Shown: positions 47,721-57,088 of the stretch, piece after piece
How positions within the stretch are numbered: the first letter of the stretch is position 1
Layout: every line of letters starts with the position of its first letter
NCBI GenBank assembly: GCA_964545575.1
Contig: CAZJFL010000008.1
Location: 18,171 to 82,170, forward strand
Direction: 5' to 3'
DNA: 64,000 nucleotides
DNA from: an uncultured Planctomycetales bacterium
GTDB lineage: Bacteria; Omnitrophota; Gorgyraeia; Gygaellales; Profunditerraquicolaceae
Notes under the pieces: generated by a model
The model's input: only the letters and a program-made list of their open reading frames with translations
Told to the model about the DNA's origin: nothing
Database searches by the model: none
Translations under genes and position numbers: made by a program

Positions 47721-49270
47721 GTTCCTTAGGGATATATTTCGGTTCCAAGGTCATCAGCCTGGTGGAAAACAAGGGCAGGAAGGTCCTGAGTACCGCTCAG
47801 ATTAACCGCCTGCCGCATTCACTCGGTGAGCTGGGAGAGAAAGTCCCGGAGGAATTAAAAATCGTAGCTATTTTGAAAGAGGAATTCAGAAGAAATCAAA
47901 TCAAGGCAGAGGAGGCCAATATTGCCCTTTCCGGCAAGGACCTGATTATCCGCAACTTTGAGATGCCGGTTCTGCCGCGCGAAGAATTAGAAGGTGCGAT
48001 TAATTTTGAAGTCAAAAAATACATTCCCTTTAAAGTAGAGGACCTGGTTTCGGTTTCCCAGGTGAAGTTTGACCGCTCCAGCCGCCGGAATCTCGTGCTC
48101 TTTGCCGGAATAAAGAAGGAGACGCTGGATAAATATCTTTCCGTGTTCAAGCAGCTGGATATTAAGCCCAATATCATCGAATATGCCGCCTTCAGTATCT
48201 TAAGGTTTCTGCAATTAACCGGCCTGCGTTATAAAGGTATTGTTTGCGTTATCAATACAGACCTTCAGGAAGAGAAAGAAGTTAATTTTCTGGTCTTAGA
48301 GAACGGTTTCCCCTTGTTTTCCCGCGATATCACGCTCTTGGGCGGGCCGGAAGAGTTAATGGCCGCCCAGGAACCGGAGGCAGGGGCGATTCTAGAAAAG
48401 TTAAAGACTGAGCTACGCGTGTCCATGGATTATTATAACCGTAAGTTCCCCCTGAAGAAGATCGAAACGGCGGTTTTCTTATGCCCTTCTGATGCCCAAG
48501 CGGAACTGGAGACATTAGCCAGGGAATTAGGCATCGCTGTCCAATTTATAGAGGCAAGCAGCTATATCGAAAAACAGCCTTCTTTTAGCCCCAGTTTCAT
48601 TAAGGCCTATGGCTGTTCTTTGTCCGCAGTGGTCAGGAGCGAACCAAAACTGAATCTGCTGGCGGTAAAGGCTAAAATCAGGCCGGCAAGAGAAGGGGGC
48701 GTAGCCCGCGAGGCGCCGTCTTTGTTAAGCGGCCTTAAAATCTCTCCCTGGGCAGCAATGCTCGGGTTATCCCTTTGCCTTCTGGTTTTTTTGTTCGTTT
48801 TTATTTATAAGATACGCCCTTTGCAGCAAGAGGTAAAAAACATTATCGCGCTGCGCCCGGCTGTTTCCACGGTTAACCCGGAGGCAGGCTACGAAGAATT
48901 AGTCAAAGCTGAGTCTAGCTATAATAATAAGATAAAAAATGTAGACGGCCTGCTTAAGAAAGAGATATACGCTACAGAGATACTGGATGCGTTACCCCGG
49001 ATTATCCCGCAAGGGGCCTGGCTCACTACCCTGGCGCTACGGGGTAAAGAGAATAACCGGGAATTGTTATTGGAGGGAATGAGCTATTTAGCCGATAATA
49101 CCAAGGAGTTAGAATCAGTAAATAGTTTTTTGCTGGCCTTAAAGGCAAGCCCGGTATTTAACCGGTATTTTAAAGAGATCGCTCTTGTTTCTGCCGATAC
49201 CAAAACCGTAGACCAGAAGAAGATGACCGGTTTCGTCATCTCCTGCAGGGTCTCTAAAGGAAAAAGATAG
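47717..49270 (+). CDS. pilM: Type IV pilus assembly protein PilM fused to a PilN-like TM/periplasmic segment
   Basis: Actin-like ATPase fold N-terminus (GIYFGSKVISLVE...), then one TM helix (LGLSLCLLVFLFVFIY) and a periplasmic PilN-like tail. Confidence 0.65.
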   Translation: MSSLGIYFGSKVISLVENKGRKVLSTAQINRLPHSLGELGEKVPEELKIVAILKEEFRRNQIKAEEANIALSGKDLIIRNFEMPVLPREELEGAINFEVKKYIPFKVEDLVSVSQVKFDRSSRRNLVLFAGIKKETLDKYLSVFKQLDIKPNIIEYAAFSILRFLQLTGLRYKGIVCVINTDLQEEKEVNFLVLENGFPLFSRDITLLGGPEELMAAQEPEAGAILEKLKTELRVSMDYYNRKFPLKKIETAVFLCPSDAQAELETLARELGIAVQFIEASSYIEKQPSFSPSFIKAYGCSLSAVVRSEPKLNLLAVKAKIRPAREGGVAREAPSLLSGLKISPWAAMLGLSLCLLVFLFVFIYKIRPLQQEVKNIIALRPAVSTVNPEAGYEELVKAESSYNNKIKNVDGLLKKEIYATEILDALPRIIPQGAWLTTLALRGKENNRELLLEGMSYLADNTKELESVNSFLLALKASPVFNRYFKEIALVSADTKTVDQKKMTGFVISCRVSKGKR

Positions 49271-49273
49271 GCG

Positions 49274-49807
49274 ATGAACCTGAATATCAAAATAGAAAGC
49301 CTCAATAAATATAAGAATCGGATTTTAAATAGTGCAATCATTATAATTGCGCTGATTATAGCCGGCAATATCTATAAAAATCAGAGTCTTAAGGCAGGCC
49401 AGCTTCTAGAAAAGAAAGAAATGGAAACAAAAAAGAACGCGGTGCTGGGCAATATCAGCCGCCTGGAGAAGAAATTCAGCGCTTATAAAAAATTCGTGAA
49501 TAAAAAAGATATTTCTGCGGTGATAAATACCATTAACAATATCGCCCGGGAATCCGGGGTCAAGATCAATTCGATCAAACCCCAGCCGGAGCTCGAAGAG
49601 GCCGATTATATTAAATATCCTTTTCTTTTAGCGGTTAACGCCAAAGATTACCATAGTTTGGGCGGGTTTATCAGCAAGTTGGAAAGTTCGCCCGACATTT
49701 ATGCGGTGGAGAATATCAATATCAGGCTTATTACTGAGCAGCAGAAAATAAAAGATATCGATGAAATTGCGGTGGATTTGGCCGTAAGCACTTGTTTACT
49801 AAAATGA
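49274..49807 (+). CDS. pilO: PilO-like pilus assembly protein
   Basis: N-terminal TM helix, coiled coil, and C-terminal ferredoxin-like region. Position between pilMN and pilP. Confidence 0.5.
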   Translation: MNLNIKIESLNKYKNRILNSAIIIIALIIAGNIYKNQSLKAGQLLEKKEMETKKNAVLGNISRLEKKFSAYKKFVNKKDISAVINTINNIARESGVKINSIKPQPELEEADYIKYPFLLAVNAKDYHSLGGFISKLESSPDIYAVENINIRLITEQQKIKDIDEIAVDLAVSTCLLK

Positions 49808-50259
49808 AGAACCCGCTAAATATATCCGGAAAGCATAAAATCGCCGCGCTGCTCTTAATAGTAGCGGTATCATGCGGCGCTTTAATTGCTGCGGGTAATC
49901 CTCTGCAGCCGGCAGAAGAGGTGGTGAGTGTGCCGACAGTAGAATATAAGGCAGGGATGTTACGAGATCCTTTTCAGGGATACAAAGAAGAAAAAGAAAC
50001 CGCTCAGGCAGCGTCGGAAGCTATGGTTAAACCATTGCCTGCGTTGACTGTCCAAGGCATAGTCTGGGGCGGGAGTATACCTCAGGCGATCATCAATAAT
50101 AAGGTATTAAAAGAAGGGGATCTGATAGGCGAAGTCAAGATTACCAAGATTAATAAAGAGGGGATCGAGGTCTTTTATACCGGCAGGCCGTATCTGATTT
50201 CTTCGCCTGCAAATAACGCTATCAGCAGTTTATCGCTGTTAAAGAAAACCAGCCAATAA
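49792..50259 (+). CDS. pilP: PilP-like lipoprotein
   Basis: Lipobox AVSCGA and a C-terminal beta-domain (GIVWGGSIPQAIINNKVLKEGDLIGEVKITKI) typical of PilP. Confidence 0.5.
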   Translation: MFTKMKNPLNISGKHKIAALLLIVAVSCGALIAAGNPLQPAEEVVSVPTVEYKAGMLRDPFQGYKEEKETAQAASEAMVKPLPALTVQGIVWGGSIPQAIINNKVLKEGDLIGEVKITKINKEGIEVFYTGRPYLISSPANNAISSLSLLKKTSQ

Positions 50260-50317
50260 ATAACACCCGGCCATATCGGATTGGCCGGTGCGCCCTTTCT
50301 GGGCAGGGAGGTAAAAG

Positions 50318-51853
50318 ATGAAAAAGATTTTTAGGATAGCGATGATCAGCGTTTTCTTTCTCACCTGCGGCATAGGCAGTTCTCCTGCGGTGCAGGAACT
50401 ATTTGCCCCCGGTCCGGGAGTGGCTATCTCCATGGATTTTAAAGACGCCAGCCTCAAAGACATCTTGAAGATACTCTCCATACAGTCGGGGATGAACTTC
50501 ATTGCCTCGGAGGCAGTCCAGGACAGGCTGGTGACCCTGTATATGGATAAGGTGCCGTTAGAGGAGGCGATGAACCAGATCTTTAGCGCCAATAACCTGA
50601 CTTATGTCTTAAACAAAGAAGGCAGTATATTTCTGGTCAAAGACTGGGGCAAGCCGATGGTGGAGACCGTGACAAAAGTTTTTTACCTGAAGCACGCCAC
50701 GGTTTCTTCTTCTTCCTTAAAAGAGGAGATGAAGAATAATATTTCTTCCACTAGCACTACCACTACAACTACCTCTACTTCTAGCACAGGCGGAAAGTGG
50801 ACGACAGATGACGATGCCGGTATCACTAAGGCAGTGAGGAAGCTGCTTACTCCCCTGGGTAGCTTAATCGAAGATTTCCGCACCAATAGCCTTATCGTTA
50901 CTGATATTCCCAGTCGGATGCCGGTTATAGCGCAGGTTATCACCGCTTTGGATGTGTCTGTACCGCAGGTAATGCTGGAAGTAGAAATACTCGATGTCAG
51001 CAAAAATGCGGTAGACGAGATAGGGTTTAAGTTTGGTCAAACTCCTTTTAGCGTGGCCTTGACCGGCGGTACGGTAGGCGTAGGATTTCCTTTTAAGAGC
51101 TGGAGTAAGATGTTTTCCGCAAATCCCGCAGCAGGTACGCTGGGTACATTAGATATCAATAGCGGTAACAACACCAGTTTATACACCATGGCTTTAGATT
51201 TCTTAAGGACCCAAACCGATACCAAATATTTAGCCCGTCCGCGGATTTTGACTTTGAATAACGAGACAGCTGAGATAAAGATTACCACTAATGAAACTAT
51301 AGGTGTAATTACCACTACTACGGGTACGACACCGTCAGTGGTTACTTATTCCCCTGAGAGGGCTGAGACCGGTGTCAGCTTACGGGTTACGCCGCAGATT
51401 GATTCGGAAACCGGAGAAATCACCATGTTTGTGATGCCGACGGTGAAAGATTCAAATACCAGCACTATCCCTATTGCTTCCGGCAGCACCACCAAATTTA
51501 AAGATCCTGAGGAACGCTCTACCAAGTCTACGGTGCGCGTCAAAGACGGAGAGACGGTGATTATGGGCGGTTTACTCCGTAACCAGCGTACAGACGTAAT
51601 TACAAAACTTCCATTTTTAGGGGATATCCCACTCTTAGGCGTTTTGTTCAGGCACCGGGAGACTTCTCCTAATAAGGAGCGCGAGTTATTAGTTTTTATT
51701 ACTCCGCATATCGTCAAAGATACAAATAAGGCGGCGCTTGTCCAGGCCAAGACCACTCTTTTGGCGCAGCGGGAGCAGGATGTAGTTTCCGCAGGTGACC
51801 GGGAAGCAGTTATCGCCAGCAACCTGGATAAGTTTGAGAGAAAGAACAGGTAA
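50318..51853 (+). CDS. pilQ: Type IV pilus secretin PilQ
   Basis: Signal peptide, N domains (LIVTDIPSRMPVIAQVITALD), a Ser/Thr-rich linker, and the secretin C-domain (VIMGGLLRNQ...PFLGDIPLLGVLFRHRE...LLVFITPHIV). Confidence 0.8.
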   Translation: MKKIFRIAMISVFFLTCGIGSSPAVQELFAPGPGVAISMDFKDASLKDILKILSIQSGMNFIASEAVQDRLVTLYMDKVPLEEAMNQIFSANNLTYVLNKEGSIFLVKDWGKPMVETVTKVFYLKHATVSSSSLKEEMKNNISSTSTTTTTTSTSSTGGKWTTDDDAGITKAVRKLLTPLGSLIEDFRTNSLIVTDIPSRMPVIAQVITALDVSVPQVMLEVEILDVSKNAVDEIGFKFGQTPFSVALTGGTVGVGFPFKSWSKMFSANPAAGTLGTLDINSGNNTSLYTMALDFLRTQTDTKYLARPRILTLNNETAEIKITTNETIGVITTTTGTTPSVVTYSPERAETGVSLRVTPQIDSETGEITMFVMPTVKDSNTSTIPIASGSTTKFKDPEERSTKSTVRVKDGETVIMGGLLRNQRTDVITKLPFLGDIPLLGVLFRHRETSPNKERELLVFITPHIVKDTNKAALVQAKTTLLAQREQDVVSAGDREAVIASNLDKFERKNR

Positions 51854-53574
51854 TGCCTAAAGACAAATACTTAAGATTAGGTGAGATTCTGGTTAATGAA
51901 GGCCTGATTAACGCCACTCAGCTGGAGAAGGCAATCGATATCCAGAAACGCGAGGGTGGCCGGTTAGGCGAGATTCTGGTTAAGTTGGGGATGGTCAAAG
52001 AGGACCGGATGGTGGCGGCATTAGGCAAGCAGTTGAATATCCCCTATTTTTCTCTGGGCACCGGGATGCTTAAGCCGGCGGCGGATCAGGAGCTGCAGCG
52101 GCTGATCCCGCGCGATTTTGCCATCAAGAGTTTCGTGCTTCCTTTGTCGCGCACGCTCAATTCCCTGACCGTAGCTATGGCCGACCCCTTAGACCTTATT
52201 CTCATCGATAACTTAAAGAAAGTTACCGGCTGCGAAGTCAATCCGGTGATTGCTACCCGCTCTGATATTTTGCGCGCGGTAGAAGGATTTTACGGGAAGC
52301 AGGCGATGCTTAAAGACGCGGTAGAGGCTTCTTATGATACCGCTGCTGCACTCACTGCTTTTGAGGAAGCAGAATCCGTTGAGGGAGAATTAAGCTTAGA
52401 CAGGCTGATTGCCCGGGCAGAAGAGGCCCCGGTAGTAAAACTGGTGGATTTGATTATCCGTCAGGCGATTGAAGAGCGGGTCTCGGATATCCATATCGAA
52501 CCTTTTAAAGACAAAATATCCCTGCGTTACCGTCTCGACGGCAAGCTTTACGAAGTGCCTCCGCCGGCTAAACACCTGCACCTGCCGATTATTTCCCGCA
52601 TTAAAATCTTAAGCAGGCTGGATATTGCCGAAAAACGCCTGCCGCAAGACGGTGCGTTTCTGGTAAAAATGGAAGACCGGCCGGTGGATATCCGCGTCTC
52701 TACCATACCCACCATCTACGGAGAGAAAATCGTTTTAAGGATACTGGACCGCTCTAACATCGTATTGGACCTTAATCAGCTCGGCTTCGACCCTAAGCAG
52801 CTGGAACAGATGCGCCGCGCGATCAATACGCCTTACGGCATGGTATTCCTGACCGGGCCCACCGGAAGCGGAAAGACCACTACCCTTTATGCCATACTAA
52901 ACGAAATAAAAAACCCCACCAAGAATATCATCACCATCGAAGACCCGGTAGAATATAAATTAGAAGGGATTAATCAGGTGCAGGTAAAGCCGGAAATCGG
53001 CCTTAGCTTTGCCGCTGCCCTGCGCAGTTTCTTAAGGCAGGACCCGGATATCATGCTGGTGGGCGAGGTGCGCGATTTAGAGACGGCGCAGATCTGTATC
53101 CGTTCGGCGCTTACCGGCCATCTGGTATTAAGCACATTACATACTAACGATGCGCCCTCAGCGATAAACCGGCTGATGGATATCGGTATCGAACCGTATT
53201 TAGTGGCTCCGTCGCTGGTGATGGTGGTGGCGCAGCGGCTACTACGCAAACTCTGCCCGGATTGTAAAGAAGCATATGAACCGCGGCCGGAGCAGTTAGG
53301 AGGCCTGAAACTTAAGGCAGAGCTGGTTTATAAACCCAAAGGCTGCCCTAAATGCAGCCAGGTCGGCTATCGCGGCAGGCTCTGCATTGCCGAGTGCATG
53401 GCTGCCAACGAAAAGATACGCGAATTAATCAATGAGAAGGCTTCATTTCAGAAAATAAGAGAAGTGGCCAGGGCCACGGGGATGCAGACGCTTTATGAGT
53501 CCGCGATTAAAAAAGTCGAAGAAGGGATAACCTCTTTAGAAGAAGCGCTTTCCGTTACTCTGGGGGCAGATTAA
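51853..53574 (+). CDS. pilB: Type IV pilus assembly ATPase PilB (GspE family)
   Basis: N-terminal GSPII_E_N domains, Walker A (GPTGSGKTTT), Asp/His boxes, and a C-terminal tetracysteine motif (CPDC...CPKC). Confidence 0.85.
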   Translation: MPKDKYLRLGEILVNEGLINATQLEKAIDIQKREGGRLGEILVKLGMVKEDRMVAALGKQLNIPYFSLGTGMLKPAADQELQRLIPRDFAIKSFVLPLSRTLNSLTVAMADPLDLILIDNLKKVTGCEVNPVIATRSDILRAVEGFYGKQAMLKDAVEASYDTAAALTAFEEAESVEGELSLDRLIARAEEAPVVKLVDLIIRQAIEERVSDIHIEPFKDKISLRYRLDGKLYEVPPPAKHLHLPIISRIKILSRLDIAEKRLPQDGAFLVKMEDRPVDIRVSTIPTIYGEKIVLRILDRSNIVLDLNQLGFDPKQLEQMRRAINTPYGMVFLTGPTGSGKTTTLYAILNEIKNPTKNIITIEDPVEYKLEGINQVQVKPEIGLSFAAALRSFLRQDPDIMLVGEVRDLETAQICIRSALTGHLVLSTLHTNDAPSAINRLMDIGIEPYLVAPSLVMVVAQRLLRKLCPDCKEAYEPRPEQLGGLKLKAELVYKPKGCPKCSQVGYRGRLCIAECMAANEKIRELINEKASFQKIREVARATGMQTLYESAIKKVEEGITSLEEALSVTLGAD

Positions 53575-54821
53575 TGCCAAAATTTTTTTATTTAGCCAGG
53601 GACAACTCCGGCAAGAAAATCACCGGGCTTGAGGAAGCGATTAATCAAGAAGAGCTGGTGGTCCGGCTGCAGGCAAAAGACCTTTTTGTGGTGACCGTGG
53701 TTTCAGAATCTAAGGAAATCCCTCCTGCATTAAAGCAGGAAGTTTCTCTTGCCCGGCCCAAACATAGGCATTACCGCGTAAGCAGCGAAGACTTAACCCT
53801 TTTCTGCCGGCAGCTCTCCACCATGCTCGGGGCAGGGGTGACTATTTTGAAAAGCCTGGATATTATTTCCCAGCAGGTAGCCAGCCAGAAGTTATATAAA
53901 ATAATCCTGGATTTGCAAAAGCGCATGGAAGCCGGATTAAGCCTCCATGAAAGCATGAGCAAACACCCGGAGGTGTTTTCGGAATTATGGGTTAATTTGG
54001 TAGAGAGCGGCGAAGCCAGCGGGAACCTCGCGCTGATATTAAACCGCTTAGCCGGTTACCTGGAAAGGAACGCCGCTTTCCGCAGCAAGATTATCTCAGC
54101 GCTGATCTATCCGGTGATACTGATGGTTGCCGGGACAGGCGCGCTTTTATTCCTGACGATCAAGATCATTCCTACCTTTGCCGAGTTATTCGCCGGGTTT
54201 AATTTAAAATTGCCTGTGCTGACCCAGATACTGGTGGCAATCAGCGCTTTTATCCGCAAATATATCCTGATTATTATAGGCGTCGTCATCTGCGGCTTCT
54301 TTTTATTTAAAAATTACATCAGGACAAAGGCGGGCTTAAGGAAATACGAAAATTTTAAGTTCAGGCTGCCGGTATTCGGAGAGTTTTTCCGGGGAATCCT
54401 GGTAGAGAGATTTGCTTCCGGGATGTCCACGCTGGTAGAGAGCGGCGTGCCGATACTGTATTCATTAGAGATAAGCGAGCACAGCGTAGGCAGTATTGTG
54501 ATGGCCGATATTATCCGTAAAATCAAGGATGATATCCGCGACGGCAAATCCTTAAGCGAGCCTCTGGAGAAAAGCGGTTTTTTTGAGCCGATGGTGGTGC
54601 AGATGGTCGGTATCGGGGAAGAAATCGGGGAGCTTTCGCAGATGTTTAAGCGGATAGATACTTTTTACCAGGAATATGTGGAAACCTTTTTAGCCCGTTT
54701 TACTTCTTTGTTTGAGCCGATAATGCTCATTTTTATGGGGTTGGTGGTCGGGATGATGGTCATCGGGATGTTTTTGCCAATTTTTCAGATTGCGCAGGTG
54801 GGGACAGTGGGCGGCGGCTAA
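53574..54821 (+). CDS. pilC: Type IV pilus inner-membrane platform protein PilC (GspF family)
   Basis: Two T2SSF repeats, each with TM helices. ATG overlaps the pilB stop. Confidence 0.85.
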   Translation: MPKFFYLARDNSGKKITGLEEAINQEELVVRLQAKDLFVVTVVSESKEIPPALKQEVSLARPKHRHYRVSSEDLTLFCRQLSTMLGAGVTILKSLDIISQQVASQKLYKIILDLQKRMEAGLSLHESMSKHPEVFSELWVNLVESGEASGNLALILNRLAGYLERNAAFRSKIISALIYPVILMVAGTGALLFLTIKIIPTFAELFAGFNLKLPVLTQILVAISAFIRKYILIIIGVVICGFFLFKNYIRTKAGLRKYENFKFRLPVFGEFFRGILVERFASGMSTLVESGVPILYSLEISEHSVGSIVMADIIRKIKDDIRDGKSLSEPLEKSGFFEPMVVQMVGIGEEIGELSQMFKRIDTFYQEYVETFLARFTSLFEPIMLIFMGLVVGMMVIGMFLPIFQIAQVGTVGGG

Positions 54822-54830
54822 CAATAACCC

Positions 54831-54859
54831 TTGACAGCAAAATAAAGGCTTTCTATAAT
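54831..54859 (+). promoter_or_regulatory. Sigma-70 promoter (TTGACA-17-TATAAT) for the pilin genes
   Basis: Perfect consensus hexamers 90 nt upstream of the first pilin ORF. Confidence 0.5.
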
Positions 54860-54946
54860 AAAAGAACATCCGGAAGGGGGTGAGAAGGGGAAATAAAATT
54901 TCTTAAAAATAGCACGCAAGTTTTAGTTATATAAAAGGGAGGTAAC

Positions 54947-55435
54947 ATGAAAAAGAGTTTCAGGATCAGAAGTTTTACGTTGTTGGAATTAATTATCGTA
55001 ATCATCATCCTGGGGATCCTGGCGATCTTAGGCTTTACCCAGTATGGCAGGATGGTTGAGAGGTCGCGCGGCGCTGAAGCAAAGACAATCTTAGGGGATA
55101 TCCGTAAGTTAGCCTATGCTTATCGTATGGAAGAAGGCTCTTTAGGAGGTGGTCCAGGTGGACCTGGTGGAGGCATACAGAACAGTGATGTTAATCTTTG
55201 TACTGTTGCAGGCCAGACAGATTGTATTCCCTCTAAAGCAGCCGGATGCCTACCTTCACACTATTTCTCATATGATATTGGTAATCCGATTGATCCCACG
55301 GTTATCATAACCGCAACTCGTTGTGGCGCGGGAGGAAAAAATCCACCAGGTGGCGTAGCAGCAGGCAATACGCTTATTCTTACATCTAATTTAGTTACAG
55401 GACAGGATGGATGGACCGGAACCGGAGGGTATTAA
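54947..55435 (+). CDS. Type IV pilin (prepilin-type N-terminal cleavage/methylation domain), probable major pilin
   Basis: MKKSFRIRS|FTLLELIIVIIILGILA has F+1 and E+5 but Ser at -1. First gene after the strong promoter. Contains a GGGPGGPGGG stretch. Confidence 0.65.
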   Translation: MKKSFRIRSFTLLELIIVIIILGILAILGFTQYGRMVERSRGAEAKTILGDIRKLAYAYRMEEGSLGGGPGGPGGGIQNSDVNLCTVAGQTDCIPSKAAGCLPSHYFSYDIGNPIDPTVIITATRCGAGGKNPPGGVAAGNTLILTSNLVTGQDGWTGTGGY

Positions 55436-55838
55436 TATTTTTATTAAGCGAGGGTTCACCTTATTAGAGCTGCTCGTAGTATTGATCATCATCGGCGTGC
55501 TCTCTACCTTAGGCATTACGCATTACGGCGGGATAAGGGAACAGGCCTTGGATAAGGAAGCCATTGCTAACATCTTGTTGATTATGTCGGCGGAAAGAAT
55601 CTACCACATGGAGGATGATACTCATACTTGGTATTACTCTGATAACATTGGCGAGCTAAATAATAATTTGAGGCTCTCTCTACCTGCCGGTAATAACCGG
55701 AATTGGGACTATCATGCAAAGGTATCCCCTAATGGCGCTGATGTATGCATTGAAGCACAGCGTAACGGCGGAAACGGCAGATTCTGGAGTATGATCTTCG
55801 GCGACCCGCTCCCGCCTCCCGGCCCAGGAGGCTGCTAG
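55407..55838 (+). CDS. Type IV pilin-like protein
   Basis: KRG|FTLLELLVVLIIIGVLS canonical prepilin motif with Gly at -1. Confidence 0.65.
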   Translation: MDGPEPEGINIFIKRGFTLLELLVVLIIIGVLSTLGITHYGGIREQALDKEAIANILLIMSAERIYHMEDDTHTWYYSDNIGELNNNLRLSLPAGNNRNWDYHAKVSPNGADVCIEAQRNGGNGRFWSMIFGDPLPPPGPGGC

Positions 55839-55875
55839 GCCGGGAATTGCTGTAACACAAGTAAGTATTCAACTT

Positions 55876-55909
55876 GGGGACATTTCTTAAACCTTTTAAG
55901 AGTGTCCCC
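55876..55909. repeat. REP-like hairpin (GGGGACATTTCTTAA ... TTAAGAGTGTCCCC)
   Basis: Inverted GGGAC-type units of the same family as the RAYT flanks, between pilin genes. Confidence 0.55.
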
Positions 55910-55922
55910 AAATATTTCTCTT

Positions 55923-56285
55923 ATGCATAAAAAAGGGCTTACGCTGCTTGAAATCATCATTTCTATCATCATTCTCTCCGTAACCATGATCGGGCTGGCC
56001 AGTATCTTTATTTCTGGCAAAAGGTATATTCTGCATGCCCGCGCGCGCATGGGAGGCGGAGAGCTGGGAAAATATTTTCTTGACCCCCTGCAGGCAGATG
56101 TCAGAGAAGATACCTGGGATACTACCGGCAATAACCTTACCGTTCGGCCGTTGCCATACCCTCTCAGGCAGGAACGGGTCAATAATATTGATTATAATTA
56201 TACTTATACCGTTGCCCCCGCCCCGGGAGACGCTGGCCTGCGTAAAGTAGTAGCACAGATAGGTTGGGATGAAACTCACCCTTAA
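55923..56285 (+). CDS. Type IV pilin-like protein (minor pilin)
   Basis: MHKKG|LTLLEIIISIIIL has a short leader ending in Gly, with E+5. The ORF track start (GTG at 55902) would overlap the REP hairpin. Confidence 0.6.
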   Translation: MHKKGLTLLEIIISIIILSVTMIGLASIFISGKRYILHARARMGGGELGKYFLDPLQADVREDTWDTTGNNLTVRPLPYPLRQERVNNIDYNYTYTVAPAPGDAGLRKVVAQIGWDETHP

Positions 56286-56889
56286 AAAATCAGTTACCCT
56301 GCTGGAATTATTAATCGCCATTGTCCTGCTTTCTATCGTGACTATCGGCCTCTCCAGCATTGATTTATTCAGCCGCGGCCATGTCTTAAACTCACAGAGG
56401 CGCACTACCCTGCAGAACGAAGCTTCGCTTGCCTTGGAGCATATGACTAAACAGATTACCCGCGCCATCGGCAATACTCAGATAGATCCGGCAGTCATAC
56501 GCTATAATAATAATGACCGCGGAATCATGGTGAGGATAGACGATCATCCGTTACCCAGCGGTAACGGTCGTATAGACTCTGATGATTCCTGGGTTGCCTA
56601 CCGCCAGGAACCTCCTGCTATAACAGAAATCAGGTATTATACCAACGCAGGTAACGGACAAAACCCTAGGGGTAGTTTTGAGGTGATCGCTACCAATGTT
56701 GTAGTAAGAGATTCCTCCGGTTTTCCGGGTTTACGGTTCATCGGCAACTTTAATGCTAACCAGTTACAGGATAATTTTATTGAAGTATTGATCACCTGCC
56801 GCTGGCTGCCGGACCAGCCGGCATCGGTAGATAATCCCGAGGTTCAGTTGCATGCCCGCATCAAGATGCCCTCTGTTTCCACAAACTAG
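56269..56889 (+). CDS. Type IV pilin-like protein (minor pilin, PilW/PilV-like size)
   Basis: MKLTLKKS|VTLLELLIAIVLLSIV has E+5 but Ser at -1. Confidence 0.55.
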   Translation: MKLTLKKSVTLLELLIAIVLLSIVTIGLSSIDLFSRGHVLNSQRRTTLQNEASLALEHMTKQITRAIGNTQIDPAVIRYNNNDRGIMVRIDDHPLPSGNGRIDSDDSWVAYRQEPPAITEIRYYTNAGNGQNPRGSFEVIATNVVVRDSSGFPGLRFIGNFNANQLQDNFIEVLITCRWLPDQPASVDNPEVQLHARIKMPSVSTN

Positions 56890-56939
56890 GGACTGTCCCC
56901 GCCAAAGCTAATCCAAAGTCTAAATAAGGGGACTGTCCC
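56888..56939. repeat. Two REP-like palindromes GGGACTGTCCC
   Basis: AGGGACTGTCCCC and GGGGACTGTCCCT, 27 nt apart, between the last pilin gene and the tRNA. Confidence 0.55.
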
Positions 56940-57005
56940 TGAAAAATGAGGCTATATTTCTGATTTTTATTGTGTTATAATATTTATTTAATATTACGAA
57001 TCCAT

Positions 57006-57081
57006 GGGGCGGTAGTTCAGTTGGGAGAACGCTACATTCGCATTGTAGAGGTCGCGGGTTCAAATCCCGCTCGCTCCACCA
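57006..57081 (+). tRNA. tRNA-Ala (anticodon CGC), CCA encoded
   Basis: Cloverleaf: acceptor GGGGCGG/TCGCTCC with the G3:U70 Ala identity pair, D-arm GTTC...GAAC, anticodon stem CTACA/TGTAG with loop TTCGCAT, T-arm GCGGG-TTCAAAT-CCCGC, and a 3' ACCA. Confidence 0.85.
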
Positions 57082-57088
57082 TTATCTT

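Noticed and set aside
50740-50800. Thr/Ser-rich run (SSTSTTTTTTSTSSTGG) in pilQ as a tandem-repeat element or contingency locus
   Set aside because: It is a short low-complexity linker between secretin N-domains. There is no nucleotide-level tandem unit suggesting slipped-strand variation.
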